64,000 nucleotides of DNA from Antechinus flavipes (lineage: Eukaryota): assembly GCF_016432865.1 (NCBI RefSeq), contig NC_067398.1, positions 544,856,001-544,920,000 of the forward strand, in the 5' to 3' direction. The position numbers and the translations under genes were made by a program. A model generated the notes under the pieces. The model did no database searches, was not told where the DNA came from, and saw only the letters and a list, made by a program, of their open reading frames with translations. Shown here one piece after another: positions 1-12,167 of this stretch. Each line of letters opens with the position of its first letter. The stretch's first letter is position 1.

Positions 1-45
1 CATAGCAGTATTTCTCCTTCATTAGTTAGAACAGGAAATGTGCCA

Positions 46-88
46 GTTTTGTTTTGTTTGTTTGTTTTGTTTTGTTTTGTTTTTTTTT
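46..88. repeat. (GTTTT)n/poly-T microsatellite
   Basis: Tandem GTTTT units read directly from the sequence. Confidence 0.9.
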
Positions 89-643
89 GCTCTTCCTGTG
101 GTTTTAAAAAAAATCATAGGAGGAATTCCCCAACCTAAAACCAGATTAGACAGGATTATAAGAATATAAGAAATTTTCTAATTTAATCTTGAAAAATGCA
201 TTTTACAACTGAGGTTAGCAAACATGGGAAGTCATTTGCTTTTCAGCCAAAACTTTAAAGGGTTTTATTTGCCTTTTTATTTACTAGCTTCCCATACCTT
301 CCAACAAAAGTGGAATATCAAAAAGAAAACAAGAAAACATTTTTTCTGAAATAATTTTTCTTCATTCTTTGTTTGTGATGCTTTCTTGAGGAATAAATAT
401 ATGAAGATCTTATCACATAGCTCATGAGCCACCTTATATGTGGGACACTTTAATTTCCTTTTACAAAACTGAGCTGTTTACATGCAAGTAAAATGTTACA
501 TTATCAAAGTAAGTGAAGTGTCATTTGGGTGTTTAGAGGGAGCATTTGGTTTAAGGGGAAGGGGATGATGGGTCAGTGGAAATGCTCCCTCCCACCTGCT
601 ATGCATAATTATGTATGAATAGTGCTAAGAACTTCCTCATATG

Positions 644-786
644 TTTTTCCCCTAAGGCAATTGGGGTTAAGTGACTTGCCCAGGGACACACAGCTAAGAA
701 GTGTTAAGTGTCTGAGGTCAAATTTGAACTCAGGTCCTCCTGACTTCAGGGATGATGCTCTATCCACTACACCACCTAGGTGTCCC
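644..786 (-). mobile_element. WSINE1-like short CORE-SINE
   Basis: Reverse complement has a tRNA-like head (GGGACACCTAGGTGGTGTAGTGGATAGAGC, B box GAGTTCAAAT), CORE (CTGGGCAAGTCACTTAACCCCAATTGCC) and an A tail. Low divergence. Confidence 0.85.
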
Positions 787-789
787 AAT

Positions 790-1535
790 TTCGTTATGTG
801 TTAAACATGGTAAAGATATATGTAAATCCAATATATGCATACATATTTATACAATTATCTTGCTGCACAAAAAAAATCAGATCAAAAAGGAAAAAAAAAT
901 GAGAAAGAAAATAAAATTTAAGCAAACAATAACAAAAGAAGTAAAAATGCTATGTTGTAATCCACCTTCAGTTCCCACAGTCTCTCTCTGGGTGTAGATG
1001 GCTCTCTTCATTACTGAACAATTGGAACTGGCCTGAATCATCTCACTATTGAGAAGAGCCACATCCATCAGACTTGATCATCATGTAGTATTATTGTTGC
1101 CATGTATAATGATCTCCTGGTTCTGCTCATTTCACTCAGCATCAGTGCATGTCAGTCTCTCCAGGTCTCTCTGAAATCATCCTGTTTATAATTTCTTATA
1201 CAACAATAATATTCCATAACATTCACATACCACAAGTTATTCAGCCATTCTCCAATTATTGGACATCCCTTCAATTTCCAGTTTCTTGCCACTATAAAGA
1301 TGGCTGCCACAAACATTTTTACATATATGCGTCCCTTTCCCTTCTTTAATATCTCTTTGGGATATAAGCCCAGTAGTAACACTGCTGTATCAAAGGGTAT
1401 GCCCAGTTTGATAACTTTTGGGCATAGTTCTAAATTGCTCTCCAGAATGGTTGGATCCGTTCGCAGCTCAACCAATAATGCATCAGTGTCCCAGTTTTCC
1501 CATATGTTCTCCAACATTCATCATTATCTTTTCCT
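790..1535 (-). mobile_element. LINE-1 3' fragment (ORF2 C-terminus plus 3' UTR)
   Basis: ORF 1152-1517(-) reads IPFDTAVLLLGLYPKEI...KMFVAAIFIVARNWKLKGCPIIGEWLNNLWY, typical of the L1 ORF2 C-terminus, followed by a marsupial L1 3' UTR. Confidence 0.92.
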
Positions 1536-1855
1536 CTGACATCATACTTCAACATGAATACAGTTATATGTCCCAAAACTAATATCTTGACAACTTGAAA
1601 TTTATCTTTTCTCCCTTATGCCAGAGGACTGTCACAAAACAAAGACTCTGAAAATATTTTTTCAGATGAGCAAAAGGCAAAGTAATAGTGAACATCTGGT
1701 ACTTAGAGGAATTTAAAAGAAAGGGAAAGGAAACAGAAGAGGTAGAGGAAGCAATGGTAATAGTGATCAAGTAAAAATCTTAAGATCTTGATTCTTATCT
1801 TAAATAAGAAAGATGTCACTGAAGAATAAGCCTTTTTTTCAAAAGGATAAGCAGT

Positions 1856-2000
1856 GGGGCAGCTAGATGGTATGGGGATTAGAGCACCAACCCTGAAATT
1901 GGGAGGTGCTGAGTTTAGTTCCAGATTCAGACACTTACAATTATCTAGCTGTGTGAACCTGGGCAAGTCATATAAACACAATTGCCTCACATACAAAAAG
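1856..2000 (+). mobile_element. WSINE1-like SINE
   Basis: GGGGCAGCTAGATGG head, CTGGGCAAGTCA core and AATTGCCTC-A tail. Confidence 0.8.
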
Positions 2001-2838
2001 GGGGTGGGAAGCAAAGTAGGGAAGAAAAATGGGATGGGGAAGCAGGAGAGAGCTAAAGAGAAGGTAAAAACTACCTCTCTTCCCCAACTTCACTCTACAA
2101 CCAGCAAATAGCTTGCAGAAGACAGCAGACAAAAGAATATGCCTTCAAGGAGAAGAGATCTCATCAAGGACTATAAGAAACTCTGGAAATTTACAGATTT
2201 GGGGGAATAGTAAGTAATTCAAGACTTCTATTTTGACATCATTCTCATTTTAATAAAACCAAAATTCAGGAATATTTTGAATTATGCTCTTGCAAATGTT
2301 CTCAATATATTGAATACTGCCATGCAGAGATTTTCTGAGATTCCCTGACTAGGTATGAGCCAAGGGGAAAAAAAGCTCCAAAGTATATACAAATGTAGAG
2401 AAGTGGGGGAAAATGTGTCTACAGTATAGCCATGAACTTTGTGTCCTAAAATCCTCTAAAATAGAAGTTTTACTGCATAAATATAGTGCATCTGGTACTT
2501 TTCCAAAATTTCACATCTGGTATATATTTTTTTCCTCAAATAATTCTCCAAAAAACTAGGAGTTAGGAAAGCTGATTTCCAATATAGCCCTGTCATGGTG
2601 CCATCTTATGCAAATCATTTCACCTGTTCTGTTTCCAGTTTCATCTGTAAAATAAGAAATAAAATTTATTATTTTATTATTAAAAATAATCATTTCTAAT
2701 GTCCATTCTCACTCAAAAATCTTTAAAAAAATTCTAATTGTTAGCAGATTATTGTGATATATTTTTCTTCCTTTCAACTTCTATTTATTGCACCCAGTTC
2801 TGCCTTTTGAATCAAAATTCAGCAATTCAGATATTTAC

Positions 2839-2965
2839 TTTTTTTAGCAAGGCAATTAGAGTTAAGTGACTTGTGTGGGGGTCATACAACAGTATTAGAG
2901 TGTCTGAGGTCAGATTGGAACACAGGTCTTTTAGGGCTAGTATTCTATCCACTGTTCAGATAGCC
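2839..2965 (-). mobile_element. WSINE1-like SINE, diverged
   Basis: T tail, then GGCAATTAGAGTTAAGTGACTTG...GTGTCTGAGGTCAGATT...CTATCCACTG, the same family as 644-786. Confidence 0.75.
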
Positions 2966-3292
2966 ATAGGTCAGATATTTAGACAGCTATTATATGGTCC
3001 CTGCTCATTAAAGCTTGTGCTTTATTGAAATGGTATTACATATACAGAAAAGAAACTAATACATAATATTATATGATAAGTACTTTAGAGAGGTGTAAAG
3101 CAAAATACCATGTGAACTACAAAGAGAAAGACCTACACTGACCCAAGGGATCAAGACAGAGTTCATGGAAGAGGTACCAAGTGAGCTAGATTTTAAAGAA
3201 TTGTTAGGAATTCAACATAAGATTAAGACATATGGTGCTAGTTTAAATTTTCCCAGATGTTTGGCATAATGTAAATAGAATTAAATAAAAAA

Positions 3293-3440
3293 TCAGAAGA
3301 CCTGGATTTTTGTCCTAGTTTTACCACTCACTAGCTCTGTGACCTTAGAAAAAGCTTAAGTGCTCTGGGCCTCAGTATCCTGATCTATAAAATGAGGTTT
3401 TCAACTATAGAAACTTCAAAGTTCCTTCTAGCTTTTAAAT
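3293..3440 (+). mobile_element. MIR/MIR3 CORE-SINE
   Basis: AGAAGACCTGG...CTAGCTCTGTGACCTT...CCTCAGTATCCTGATCTATAAAATGAGG core with an L3-type tail. Confidence 0.7.
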
Positions 3441-3571
3441 TTCTTAAATCTAATTTTTTTTTTTATTCAGCTCAGAATCCAAAGTTTGTCAATCAGGTGT
3501 CCTAGGACAATTCCCATTATTTCTCAGACCAAAGCAGCATGGTCTCGCTGTCCCGTTCCTATATGTGCAAT

Positions 3572-3680
3572 CTTCTATTAGAATGTAAGCTCCTTGTAGG
3601 CAGGAATTATCTAATTATTTTGTATTTATCCCCAGTTCCTACTTCAGTACTTGACATTATGGCTTAATAAATGCTTTTTT
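3572..3680 (+). mobile_element. L2 3' tail
   Basis: TAGAATGTAAGCTCCTTG...GGCAGG...TTAATAAATGCT matches the L2 terminal motif. Confidence 0.7.
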
Positions 3681-3829
3681 CACTTATTAACTAAAGTTTC
3701 TTTAATTTGTTTACTTTCAATGTCACATCTTTGCTTTATTTTTAGCTTGTGGGAAAACCAAAATTAAAATTCCCTGATCTTTTATAAATTAATTGCTGTT
3801 TTCAGTTCTTCCCTATCCTATATTTATGT

Positions 3830-4200
3830 AATTGACTTTTTTTCTAGCCTAAATGCAAAGCCTGAAGCTTATATCTGTTAAATTTCATCTCATTGGTTTT
3901 ATCTTATTTATCCTATCAACATTACTATGAAGATCAAATCGGCCACCTATTATATTAGTTAGCATTTTCCAGCACAGTTATCCAAAAATTTGATAACCAT
4001 GACTTCAATATCTTCATTCAAGTCATTGATAAAAATGCTGAATTTCATAGGGCCTAAAACAGAGCCCTGCTATTGGCATTGATCCCTTAATCAATAGTGC
4101 TTTATCATGATTGTTCAACAAGAGATGCGTCCACCTAATCATCCCATCATTCCTTTCACATTGTTCTCATTTCTCCACAAAGATATGAGATATAGTAAGT
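3830..4200 (-). mobile_element. CR1/L3 LINE ORF2 fragment
   Basis: AAATTTGATAACCATG...TTCATTCAAGTCATTGATAAAAATGCTGAA...ACAGAGCCCTG, the antisense of the CR1 reverse transcriptase region. Confidence 0.65.
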
Positions 4201-4254
4201 TTGGTATACTTTTGTTGTTATTCTTCTTACTTCTAGTAGGCACACTTTTTTGCA

Positions 4255-4790
4255 GGTTCATTATTTTTAATGTATTTTTATTTATTTCACTAAATATTTC
4301 CCAATTACATTGTTAAAAATTAAAATTCTTTTATTTTGAGTTCCAAATTCTCTCCCTTTTTGCCCTCCCCCATTCCTTGCATGCAATGTTATATCAATTG
4401 TACATGTGAAGTCATGCAAGGCATATTTCCACATTACAGCTATCTTACAAAACACACATACACCAGGAAAAATAAAGAGTATGCTCCAATCTGCATTCAA
4501 AATTCATCAGTTCTCTCTCTTTTCATCATGGGTCCTTTGGAATAGCTTAGATCATTGTCTTGATCAGAGTAGCCAAGTCTTTCAGTATTGATCTTCTTTA
4601 CAATATTGTTGATTATACAATATGTACAGTATGTTCCTCTTTCTGTTCATTTCACTTTCCAACAGTTCATATTGGTCTTCCCAGATTTTTCTAAAGCCAT
4701 TCTACTGGTTAATTTTTATAGCTCAATCAATCACATATCACAATTTGTTCAGTTATTCATCATCTCAGTTTCCAATTTTTGCCACCACAA
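4255..4790 (-). mobile_element. Marsupial LINE-1 3' end
   Basis: TTTCCCAATTACATTG...TTGAGTTCCAAATTCTCTCCC...CAATTGTACATGTGAAGTCATGCAA...ATCATTGTCTTGATCAGAGTAGCCAAGTC. Confidence 0.75.
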
Positions 4791-5344
4791 AAAGAGATTG
4801 CAGGTTGATTATTAACTTGAGTAATTTCCTCTGAATGCCATTCTGGTGACAAATGGAACATAGAACATATCTGTTGTGTGACTCTTGGAAAGAAGCTCAG
4901 AAGACAGTATTTATTCTCACTTTTAAGATCTAGAGATGAATTTTGGGAGAATGGCAATTTTTGTGTGTTTTTGTGATCAGAGAAAGATAAAAGCTGAGAG
5001 AATTTTAGGCTTATGAAATGACTGAAGCAAATTATAGGGTTTTGTCCTTAAGAAAGCCAAGCTTAAAATGGGCTCCAACAATTGAAGTAGACAGGTAGAG
5101 ACATCTGCTGAAAATATGTAATACTAAAGAGAATACCTTTGCAAAAATAAATAAATAAATAAACAATGATAGCCAAGTCCTCCAAAAATTCCCCTGTCTC
5201 AGAAATATCTTTAAATATAATCTGTCGATTTATATTGGTTAATCAAGGTGTCTCTTAAAGTTAAACTAAACATTGTATGATTACAATGACCAAGGTTGGT
5301 CCTCAAAAAAAGGAGGAAGAAATAACAAAATGAAGAATGATAGA

Positions 5345-5790
5345 TGAATAATAAAGCACTTATTAAGTGCTTATTATGTAATGGGCACTCTACTAAGCAC
5401 TAAGAGTATACACATGAGTCCCTAACACCAAGACTTTAAAATTTGCTAAGTTTTTTATTTGAATCAGCTCATTTGAGCTTCAAAATGTCCCTGTGAAATA
5501 AGCTCTAGAGTTATTATCATTACCCTTTTACATATGAGATAAGACTTGCTCAGGGTGGCACAATCACGAGAGTCCCAAGCTGGACCCAGAGTCTAGAAAA
5601 ATGAGTTCAAATAAAGGCTCAGATGTTTGCTAGCCATGTGATTCTGGGCAAGATAGCTTCTATTTCTCTCAGTTTCCTCATTTGTAAAATTAGAGTAATA
5701 ATAGCATTTGCCTCTCAGGGTTACTATGGGGAACAAATGATATCACATTTATAAAATGCTTAGCAAAGTGCCTGTTACAAAAGAGGTACA
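5345..5790. mobile_element. Cluster of L2 tail (-), MIR (-) and MIR (+)
   Basis: L2 tail antisense at 5345-5415; MIR antisense at 5430-5560 (TTTTACATATGAGA...GACTTGCTCAGGGT); MIR sense at 5575-5790 (CTGGGCAAG...TCAGTTTCCTCATTTGTAAAAT). Confidence 0.65.
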
Positions 5791-5832
5791 TTACTTCCAT
5801 ATTCTTTACTTCCTTCTTTCTCTCTTCTTCCT

Positions 5833-5976
5833 NNNNNNNNNNNNNNNNNNNNNNNNNNNNNNNNNNNNNNNNNNNNNNNNNNNNNNNNNNNNNNNNNNNN
5901 NNNNNNNNNNNNNNNNNNNNNNNNNNNNNNNNNNNNNNNNNNNNNNNNNNNNNNNNNNNNNNNNNNNNNNNNNNNN
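5833..5976. other. Assembly gap (144 N)
   Basis: N run next to a CT-rich tract. Confidence 0.98.
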
Positions 5977-6964
5977 AGTGTCCAAAGCAGCATTCAAACC
6001 CCTGCCTTCTTATCTCCAAATAAAGCACTCCTCTCATAATACTAAAATAAACTCCTTTGAATGGTATCCAAATCCCAACAAGAAGTGTTTGTACCTAGGA
6101 AGGTGTGAAAAAGTGGAAATGGCAGTTACTACACTTAAATTGCTTTAAGAAAATAGATCACAAAAGCTTTAGAAAGAATCAGTTGCTTGTGCAAGTGTTT
6201 TTGTCCTCCCTCTTATATTGCATCTGTATCAGACAAGCTGATCTTATTAAAGATAATTGAAATGGGATTTTTAAAAATACATTTGTAAAGGTACTTCAGG
6301 ATGAACAATAAATTGAAGTGAAGCCAGTTCCCTAGATGCTTATTTAGGGTATGTTTGTTTGTTTTTTAAACTTTATCCAAGATATTGGAAGGCTATAAAA
6401 TAGCAGTTTTGTAAAGGTTTGCTTTTTTCTTTTTTTTAAGCATAAGATTAGTTTCTACTATTCACTTAATTTTTCTCAAGGATATTAACTGAGTGCTAAG
6501 TTATATTTAATAACAGACAAGTAGTTAGCATCTCAGAAGCAAAAGTATTTGCTAATCAGCTTTCTTTCCTTGATCGTCACTATAGCTCCCCAATAGCACC
6601 AGTGTCTATATAAGATTGAGGACATCACATCTGTCGATTTCACTGCCCCCCATTAATTCTGAGAAGCCCTTGTTTTAAAAGATCATAGTTTGTAGAGCTG
6701 CAAGGATCCTTAAAAAGAATCAAATCTAATCTTTTCATTTTCATTTTCATCCATTCTAAAATGTAGAATTGATAAGAAGTGTCCGAGATCGCCCATCTAG
6801 TAATAGATCTGTGATCTTAAACCAGGTTCTCCAATTTGTGCAGTGACGCTATTTTTTTCTACTACATCAAATAATCTCTCTATTTTAGTATATATATATA
6901 TATATATATAGTTGATGACCAATAAATATTTCAAAATTATTTTTTAAACTGTAGAAAAGAGTAA

Positions 6965-7195
6965 ACATAGTGTCCACTATATGATAGGTACTGTTCTAAG
7001 CACATTTTTTTTTACAAATATCTAGGAAGTCAAATTATTATGGCTCCTATTTTACAATAGAGGAAACTGAGGCAGGTGGGGATTTAGTGACTTGCCCAGA
7101 GTCATATAATTAGGAAGTATCTGAGGTCACATTTGAATTCATATCTCCCTCATTCCAGGCTCAAAATTCTATTTGTTGTACCACCAGCTGCCTCA
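6965..7195 (-). mobile_element. MIR-type CORE-SINE
   Basis: TTTTACAATAGAGGAAACTGAGGCAGG...AGTGACTTGCCCAGAGTCA...TCTGAGGTCACATTTGAATTC...ACCAGCTGCCTC. Confidence 0.75.
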
Positions 7196-7859
7196 AGATG
7201 AGCTTCCCAAAGGCAGTATTTGAAGATCAAAACTAAAAGAGATATCAATATTTAATGCATAGTTTCCTGAAAGGGGGAAAAACATATAATCAGAACGAGA
7301 GTAATTTGAAAGATGTCCTGGATTGACTCACATAATAGACAATGAAGAAGAATACTCTTGCAATAAGACCTCCCCAATGGACTTCATAGTCCAAATAGAT
7401 AACAAAGAGTTCAATAAGTTAAGAAATGTATGTGGATATCTATTTCCTAGTTTATTTATTGAACTTCTCCATAACCCCTTCTTGAAGTTGGTCTTCTCTA
7501 GGTGTTCTTAGAATTAAATTACATTCATCAACATATCAACATTACTTTCCTTTCCCCACCTTTTCCATATGCTGAACACAACTATAAGTATACAATCCCC
7601 ATCAGACCTTCAAGATATCTTATATGATGGGCAGAAGGGAGAAAGAAAGATCCCTTTTCACTGAAGGAGCTCAAATTTAGAAGGTGGATTCTTTGTCAGA
7701 AAAGTCCATTGTGAATCAATGGTTCCCTGAAAAAGGAATCACTCCTCTACTAGTCCATGGCATATATTGGCACAAAGAAAAGAAAATTCAGCTTCTATTT
7801 CCTATATTCTGAACCTCTCTGATGGGACTGATCTAAGGATTATGGAATTACAAGATCCT

Positions 7860-8050
7860 AGGATCAGAAATTTAGAAATGAAAGTGACTTTAAGATCATC
7901 TAGTTCAAGCTCCTCATTTTATAGATGAGGAAACAAGTTCTGAGAAGTAGCTTTTCCTAGGTCATGCAAGAAATAAGCCAAAAAGCCAGGATTTGAACTT
8001 AGGATCTTTTGACTCCAAAAGTAAAGTGTTCTTTCCATTGACCCATACTG
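7860..8050 (-). mobile_element. MIR3-type SINE
   Basis: ATCAGAAATTTAGAAATG...ATCATCTAGTTCAAGCTCCTCATTTTATAGATGAGGAAAC...GGATTTGAACTTAGGATCTTTTGACTCCAA. Confidence 0.7.
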
Positions 8051-9809
8051 TATTATGGTAATGATAATGAAAACTATTTCTTTGATGTTGATTTTAGTAA
8101 ACAGAGGATGAAAAACTTCAGACAAGTCATTGAGTCACAACCAACCTAGGTCTTATTAAACAGCTATCATCACCTCAGCTTTTTTCTAAACAAGACAGAA
8201 AATGTCTGTCAAGTAAAAAAAAAAAAAAGACATAAAATTAATTGTGATTTTGACTTCTCTCCTGCTTTTAAGGGGAAAATGCCATAAAAATAGGAATGAA
8301 GTGAAAGAATTCTAGGCTAGCTGGAGAATCTAGGCAAGTTTTAAAATAGTTGTTTAAGCTAAACAGATTTTCCTACTAACTTTTAAAATAATGTGTGTGT
8401 TTAATATTAATTACAGGGTATTTGACAAGGCACACAGCAGTGTGTTCAACATCTACTCTTCCTGCAGGGTTTATACTTTAAGGATGTTTTCTTTTAATAT
8501 TTCAGACATTTAACAACTATTCCCTCTTTCAAATCCCTCACTTCTGCCTTTCTCTTCTACTTCTCAAACATTTGAGGGTCTATCATATCAAATATGGAGA
8601 AAAAACCCAGGAATCTAGATTTCAGCCTGAAAGAGCTCATCTAGAACAATTCCTTCATTTGAAGGTAAGGAAATGAAAAGCCCAGGAACAAAAATAACTG
8701 ACCTGAAATCATACCAGTTAAAAAAAAAGATAATTAGTATTCAATTCTAGATCCACAGTTTCCTCAAATGAAGCATTCTTACAATAGGCTACTTTAAGAA
8801 GCAGCGTGTTTCCTATTATTAAGTATCTCTAAAAGAAGACTGAATGACCTTCTATGGGTAATATTATAAAGTGCAATTATTATTCAAATTAGGATGGAAT
8901 AGGTATTTCTGAGGTCTTTTCCAATTCAGAAAGTCTAGCATCTGTGATTTTTTCCCTGATTTCTCTATTCTCCATATCCAAATCTTTATTTCTGTCTTTA
9001 TTCCACTTTTCCCCTTTGTTTCTCCCTTTTTTTCCTTTATCACTTTCTTTCTCACTTTCTCCCCCATGTCTTCTATTCTTTACTTCAATTCACTTTTCAC
9101 ATTCTGTAGTTGTCAGCCTCATAATTTAAAAGTGGTTGAAGATAGGGATTTTTAGGAAACAAAGAAAAGGTAATACCCAGCCATATTTTGAAAGAGAAAT
9201 TTTAAAACTCAGTGGTGCTATGATAGACATATTATTTCATGATTTGTTTGTTTTTAATATGGGTGAGGAAAGTAGGGACAAAACTATAATCTCATTTGTG
9301 TAGGGAATGTCTAGTATGGAAGTTAGGGATTCCTCAATGACTCATTTGTTACTTAGAGCCTTTAAAATTTACCTAAGGTTTTCAGAGTTTAAGTGATACG
9401 TTCAGGTGGTCAAGATGTGAATCTAGATTTTTCTGACCCTAAAACCATTTTCACACCCACTATGCTAGGCTGCTGGTATCTCATAGAATCTTAATTCATG
9501 AATCTTTGGAATTAAGGTTGTAAAAGGCCAGAGAAATCAATTGATCCTCATCTCACAGGTGAGAAAACTGTGGTCTATTCAAAGGTAAGAATTGAAATAA
9601 TCATTTGATCAGGGCAGAGAGTTTCCAAAAAAAAACTTCAATTTCCTTCCCTTTCTTCCTTCTAGATCAAAATGTTTAATCTCAGTGCACTTTTGAGCTA
9701 ATGTCTTCAATGACCAATTTACAGAGATAGCTGTGTAAATTTATGCTGATAATTTGCACTTTCTTTTCTCTCATCAATAAACTATACAACTATATAGAAA
9801 GTTCAACTG

Positions 9810-10043
9810 AAGAGTGAAAAAATTTCACTGAGCCTGGAGTCAGGAAAACTCATCTTCCTGAGTTCCAGACTGGCCTCAGACATTTACAAGCATTTTACTA
9901 TAGGCCAGCCATTTAACCCTTTTTGTGTCTGTTTCCTCACCTGTAAAAGGAGTTGGAGAAGAAAATAGCACCACCCTGGTATATTTGCCAAGAAAACTCC
10001 AAATGAGATCACAAAGCATTGGACATAGCTAAAAAATGACTGA
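9810..10043 (+). mobile_element. MAR1-like CORE-SINE with RTE/BovB-derived tail
   Basis: GGAGTCAGGAAAACTCATCTTCCTGAGTTC head; tail TGGAGAAGAAAATAGC...TTTGCCAAGAAAACTCCAAATGAGATCACAAAG. Confidence 0.8.
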
Positions 10044-10109
10044 GGCATAAGAGTGAAATTGTTATACAATGAAATTGTTATACTAGAAATGCATAGGTCA
10101 CTTCATAGA

Positions 10110-10405
10110 TAAATGGATAGATAGATGTGGAGGGAGACACACACACACACAGAGATGGATAGACAGAGGAGAGTAGATAGCTATAGATATAGACATAGAT
10201 AGAAAGATAGAGATGGATACTCAGGGAGAGAGGGGGGTAAAGAGAAATATAGAAGAGAAAGAAGNNNNNNNNNNNNNNNNNNNNNNNNNNNNNNNNNNNN
10301 NNNNNNNNNNNNNNNNNNNNNNNNNNNNNNNNNNNNNNNNNNNNNNNNNNNNNNNNNNNNNNNNNNNNNNNNNNNNNNNNNNNNNNNNNNNNNNNNNNNN
10401 NNNNN
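10110..10405. repeat. Mixed GATA/CA/GA simple repeats followed by an assembly gap (10265-10405)
   Basis: Read directly from the sequence. Confidence 0.9.
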
Positions 10406-10559
10406 TAAAGAGGAAATATGGTTCCATTAGAAAAGTCTTTCTGTGAAATAGAAAACTAAAGAAATACTATAAGAAATCAACTTAAAGAAAATTAGAAACT
10501 ACAAAACTGAAGATAAAGTAGAATGAGAGATTTTTTTAAAAAGCAAGGCTGGGATACAA

Positions 10560-11470
10560 TCTAGAAGGTCAATTGATAAAATGTGTAGCAAGCACTGAAC
10601 CAACACCAATCAATACAGCTCAGTATGAACCGAATCAGAGCCTAATATCCACATCACATCCATTTTATGGTACTATCTATCACAGGAACAGCAGGAAGCA
10701 GTGGCAATTCAACTTACTGCACACTCCAGTGGACTGGCTTCCAAGCATCCTGTTAAACTGGCAGTTTGGGAGTCATGTCAGGATGCTGGGGTGAAGGGGG
10801 AGGGGAGTAAAACTGTGTCCTCTCTCAGCCTGCAAAACCCTATGAACCCCGAGTCTGACTGATCTTGTTAGAAAGGGACCCTAGGAAGGGGGGGGGTGGT
10901 TGGTTGAGGAGAAAGGAGGAAGTGGGGGTGGGGAGGGGGATAAGGATGAAAAGGGACAAGAACATGGGGGCCAACCAGATTCAAAATCCAATGAGCTAGT
11001 CTTGTTGGACGCTGCTCCACTGTATCATGGAAAAGTCGATCAATAGCAATCAGAAGCAAGAGGTAAAGAGAAGAAAAGGATTAGAAGGAGGCTGAATCAT
11101 GAATAGAAATATGAAAAACGTGAAAAGTATGAGCTAGTCAAGATGTCAGAAGACAAGATTAATGTGCAAGGGGTAACCAAGAACTTGGGGCTTGCTATTC
11201 AGTGGGGGCTGTTTGATCTGTGCTTCAAATCACTGGAGAGCTCCGGGCTGTATCTTGAGTAAATATAAAATCCTGTGTAAAGGTGGGGCTGCAAGCGTAC
11301 ATGTTATCCCTGCACAAGTCACAAAGCCAAGCACTCTGAAGGATAATGCAAGTTGTACACCCCATCATGGAGACAGCTTGCTGTCCTTGTGGCAACTTGG
11401 CTTGCAGAAAGCCAATGAGCTTACTGCTCTGCTCAATAATGAGTTTTAAACCTTTCCCATGGGGCAAAGA
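10560..11470 (+). promoter_or_regulatory. Unique, GC-elevated, G-run-rich block; candidate promoter or enhancer
   Basis: No TE similarity recognised; multiple G-tracts at 10785-10940; CCAAT near 10988; several retained CpGs. Confidence 0.35.
11027..11062 (+). other. Candidate coding portion of an alternative first exon (MEKSINSNQKQE, phase-0 donor)
   Basis: ATG has A at -3 and G at +4 (gtatcATGG); 12 open codons; GAG|GTAAAG donor at 11063. Peptide not recognised. Confidence 0.25.
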
Positions 11471-11521
11471 TGACAAAATGAGCCTTCTAAATACTGATGG
11501 AATAATGTTTCTGTATGGAAC

Positions 11522-11777
11522 AGGAGCAGCTTGGTGATACAGTGGGTAAAGTACCAAGCCAGGAGTCAAGAAAATTTATCTTCCTGAGTTTAAATACAGC
11601 CTCAGACCCTTACTAGCTGTAATTAACCCTGTTTGCCTCAGTTTCCCCATCTGCAAAAGGACTGGGAGAAGGAAATAGCAAATCATTTTAGTAGCTTTAC
11701 CAAGAAAACCCCAAATAGGATCATGAAGAGTAAAACATGACTGAACAACACTATAGGCAAAAAAAAAAAAAAAAAAT
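11522..11777 (+). mobile_element. MAR1-like SINE with downstream poly-A
   Basis: GGAGCAGCTTGGTG head, CORE, GGAGAAGGAAATAGCAAA...CCAAGAAAACCCCAAAT...CATGACTGAACAAC tail; A19 at 11759-11777. Confidence 0.8.
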
Positions 11778-11859
11778 AGTAAACATTGGAACTGTGGTTT
11801 CTTTTTCTTCTCTACTTTATCAGTTTTTATCATATTTTTCTTGTTATTATTAACATCAT

Positions 11860-12050
11860 GGTATGGTAGAAAGAGACCTGACTCCAAGTCAGAAGACCTG
11901 AGCTTAAACTTTGACTACACTTTTGTTCTCTGCATGACATTGGACAAGTCCCATTTCCCACTAAGTTTCCTTATCTATAAACTAATCACAAACTTAAAAG
12001 AGTTTGGATGGTAAGGCCCCTGGGTTTCATTTAAGCTCTAGAGCTGTGAT
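11860..12050 (+). mobile_element. MIR/MIR3 SINE
   Basis: AAGTCAGAAGACCTGAG...GACATTGGACAAGTC...AGTTTCCTTATCTATAAA. Confidence 0.65.
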
Positions 12051-12167
12051 CATAGGAGACTATGCATGAGTAGTGGCAAATTGAACAAACACCTGACAGA
12101 ATCAAATTGGTTACTATATTTGAATGAAAAAAAAAAAATTCTGTCTATTTGCTTGTGGTTGTTCCAA

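Noticed and set aside
1152-1517. 121-aa ORF as a host gene
   Set aside because: It is the LINE-1 ORF2 C-terminus inside a 5'-truncated L1.
5355-5373. Palindrome AAGCACTTATTAAGTGCTT
   Set aside because: It derives from the intrinsic stem of the L2 3' tail and is common genome-wide.
5690-6148. ORFs spanning N runs (also at 10.2k, 28.3-29.2k and 49-50.3k)
   Set aside because: They are open only because N codons translate as X.
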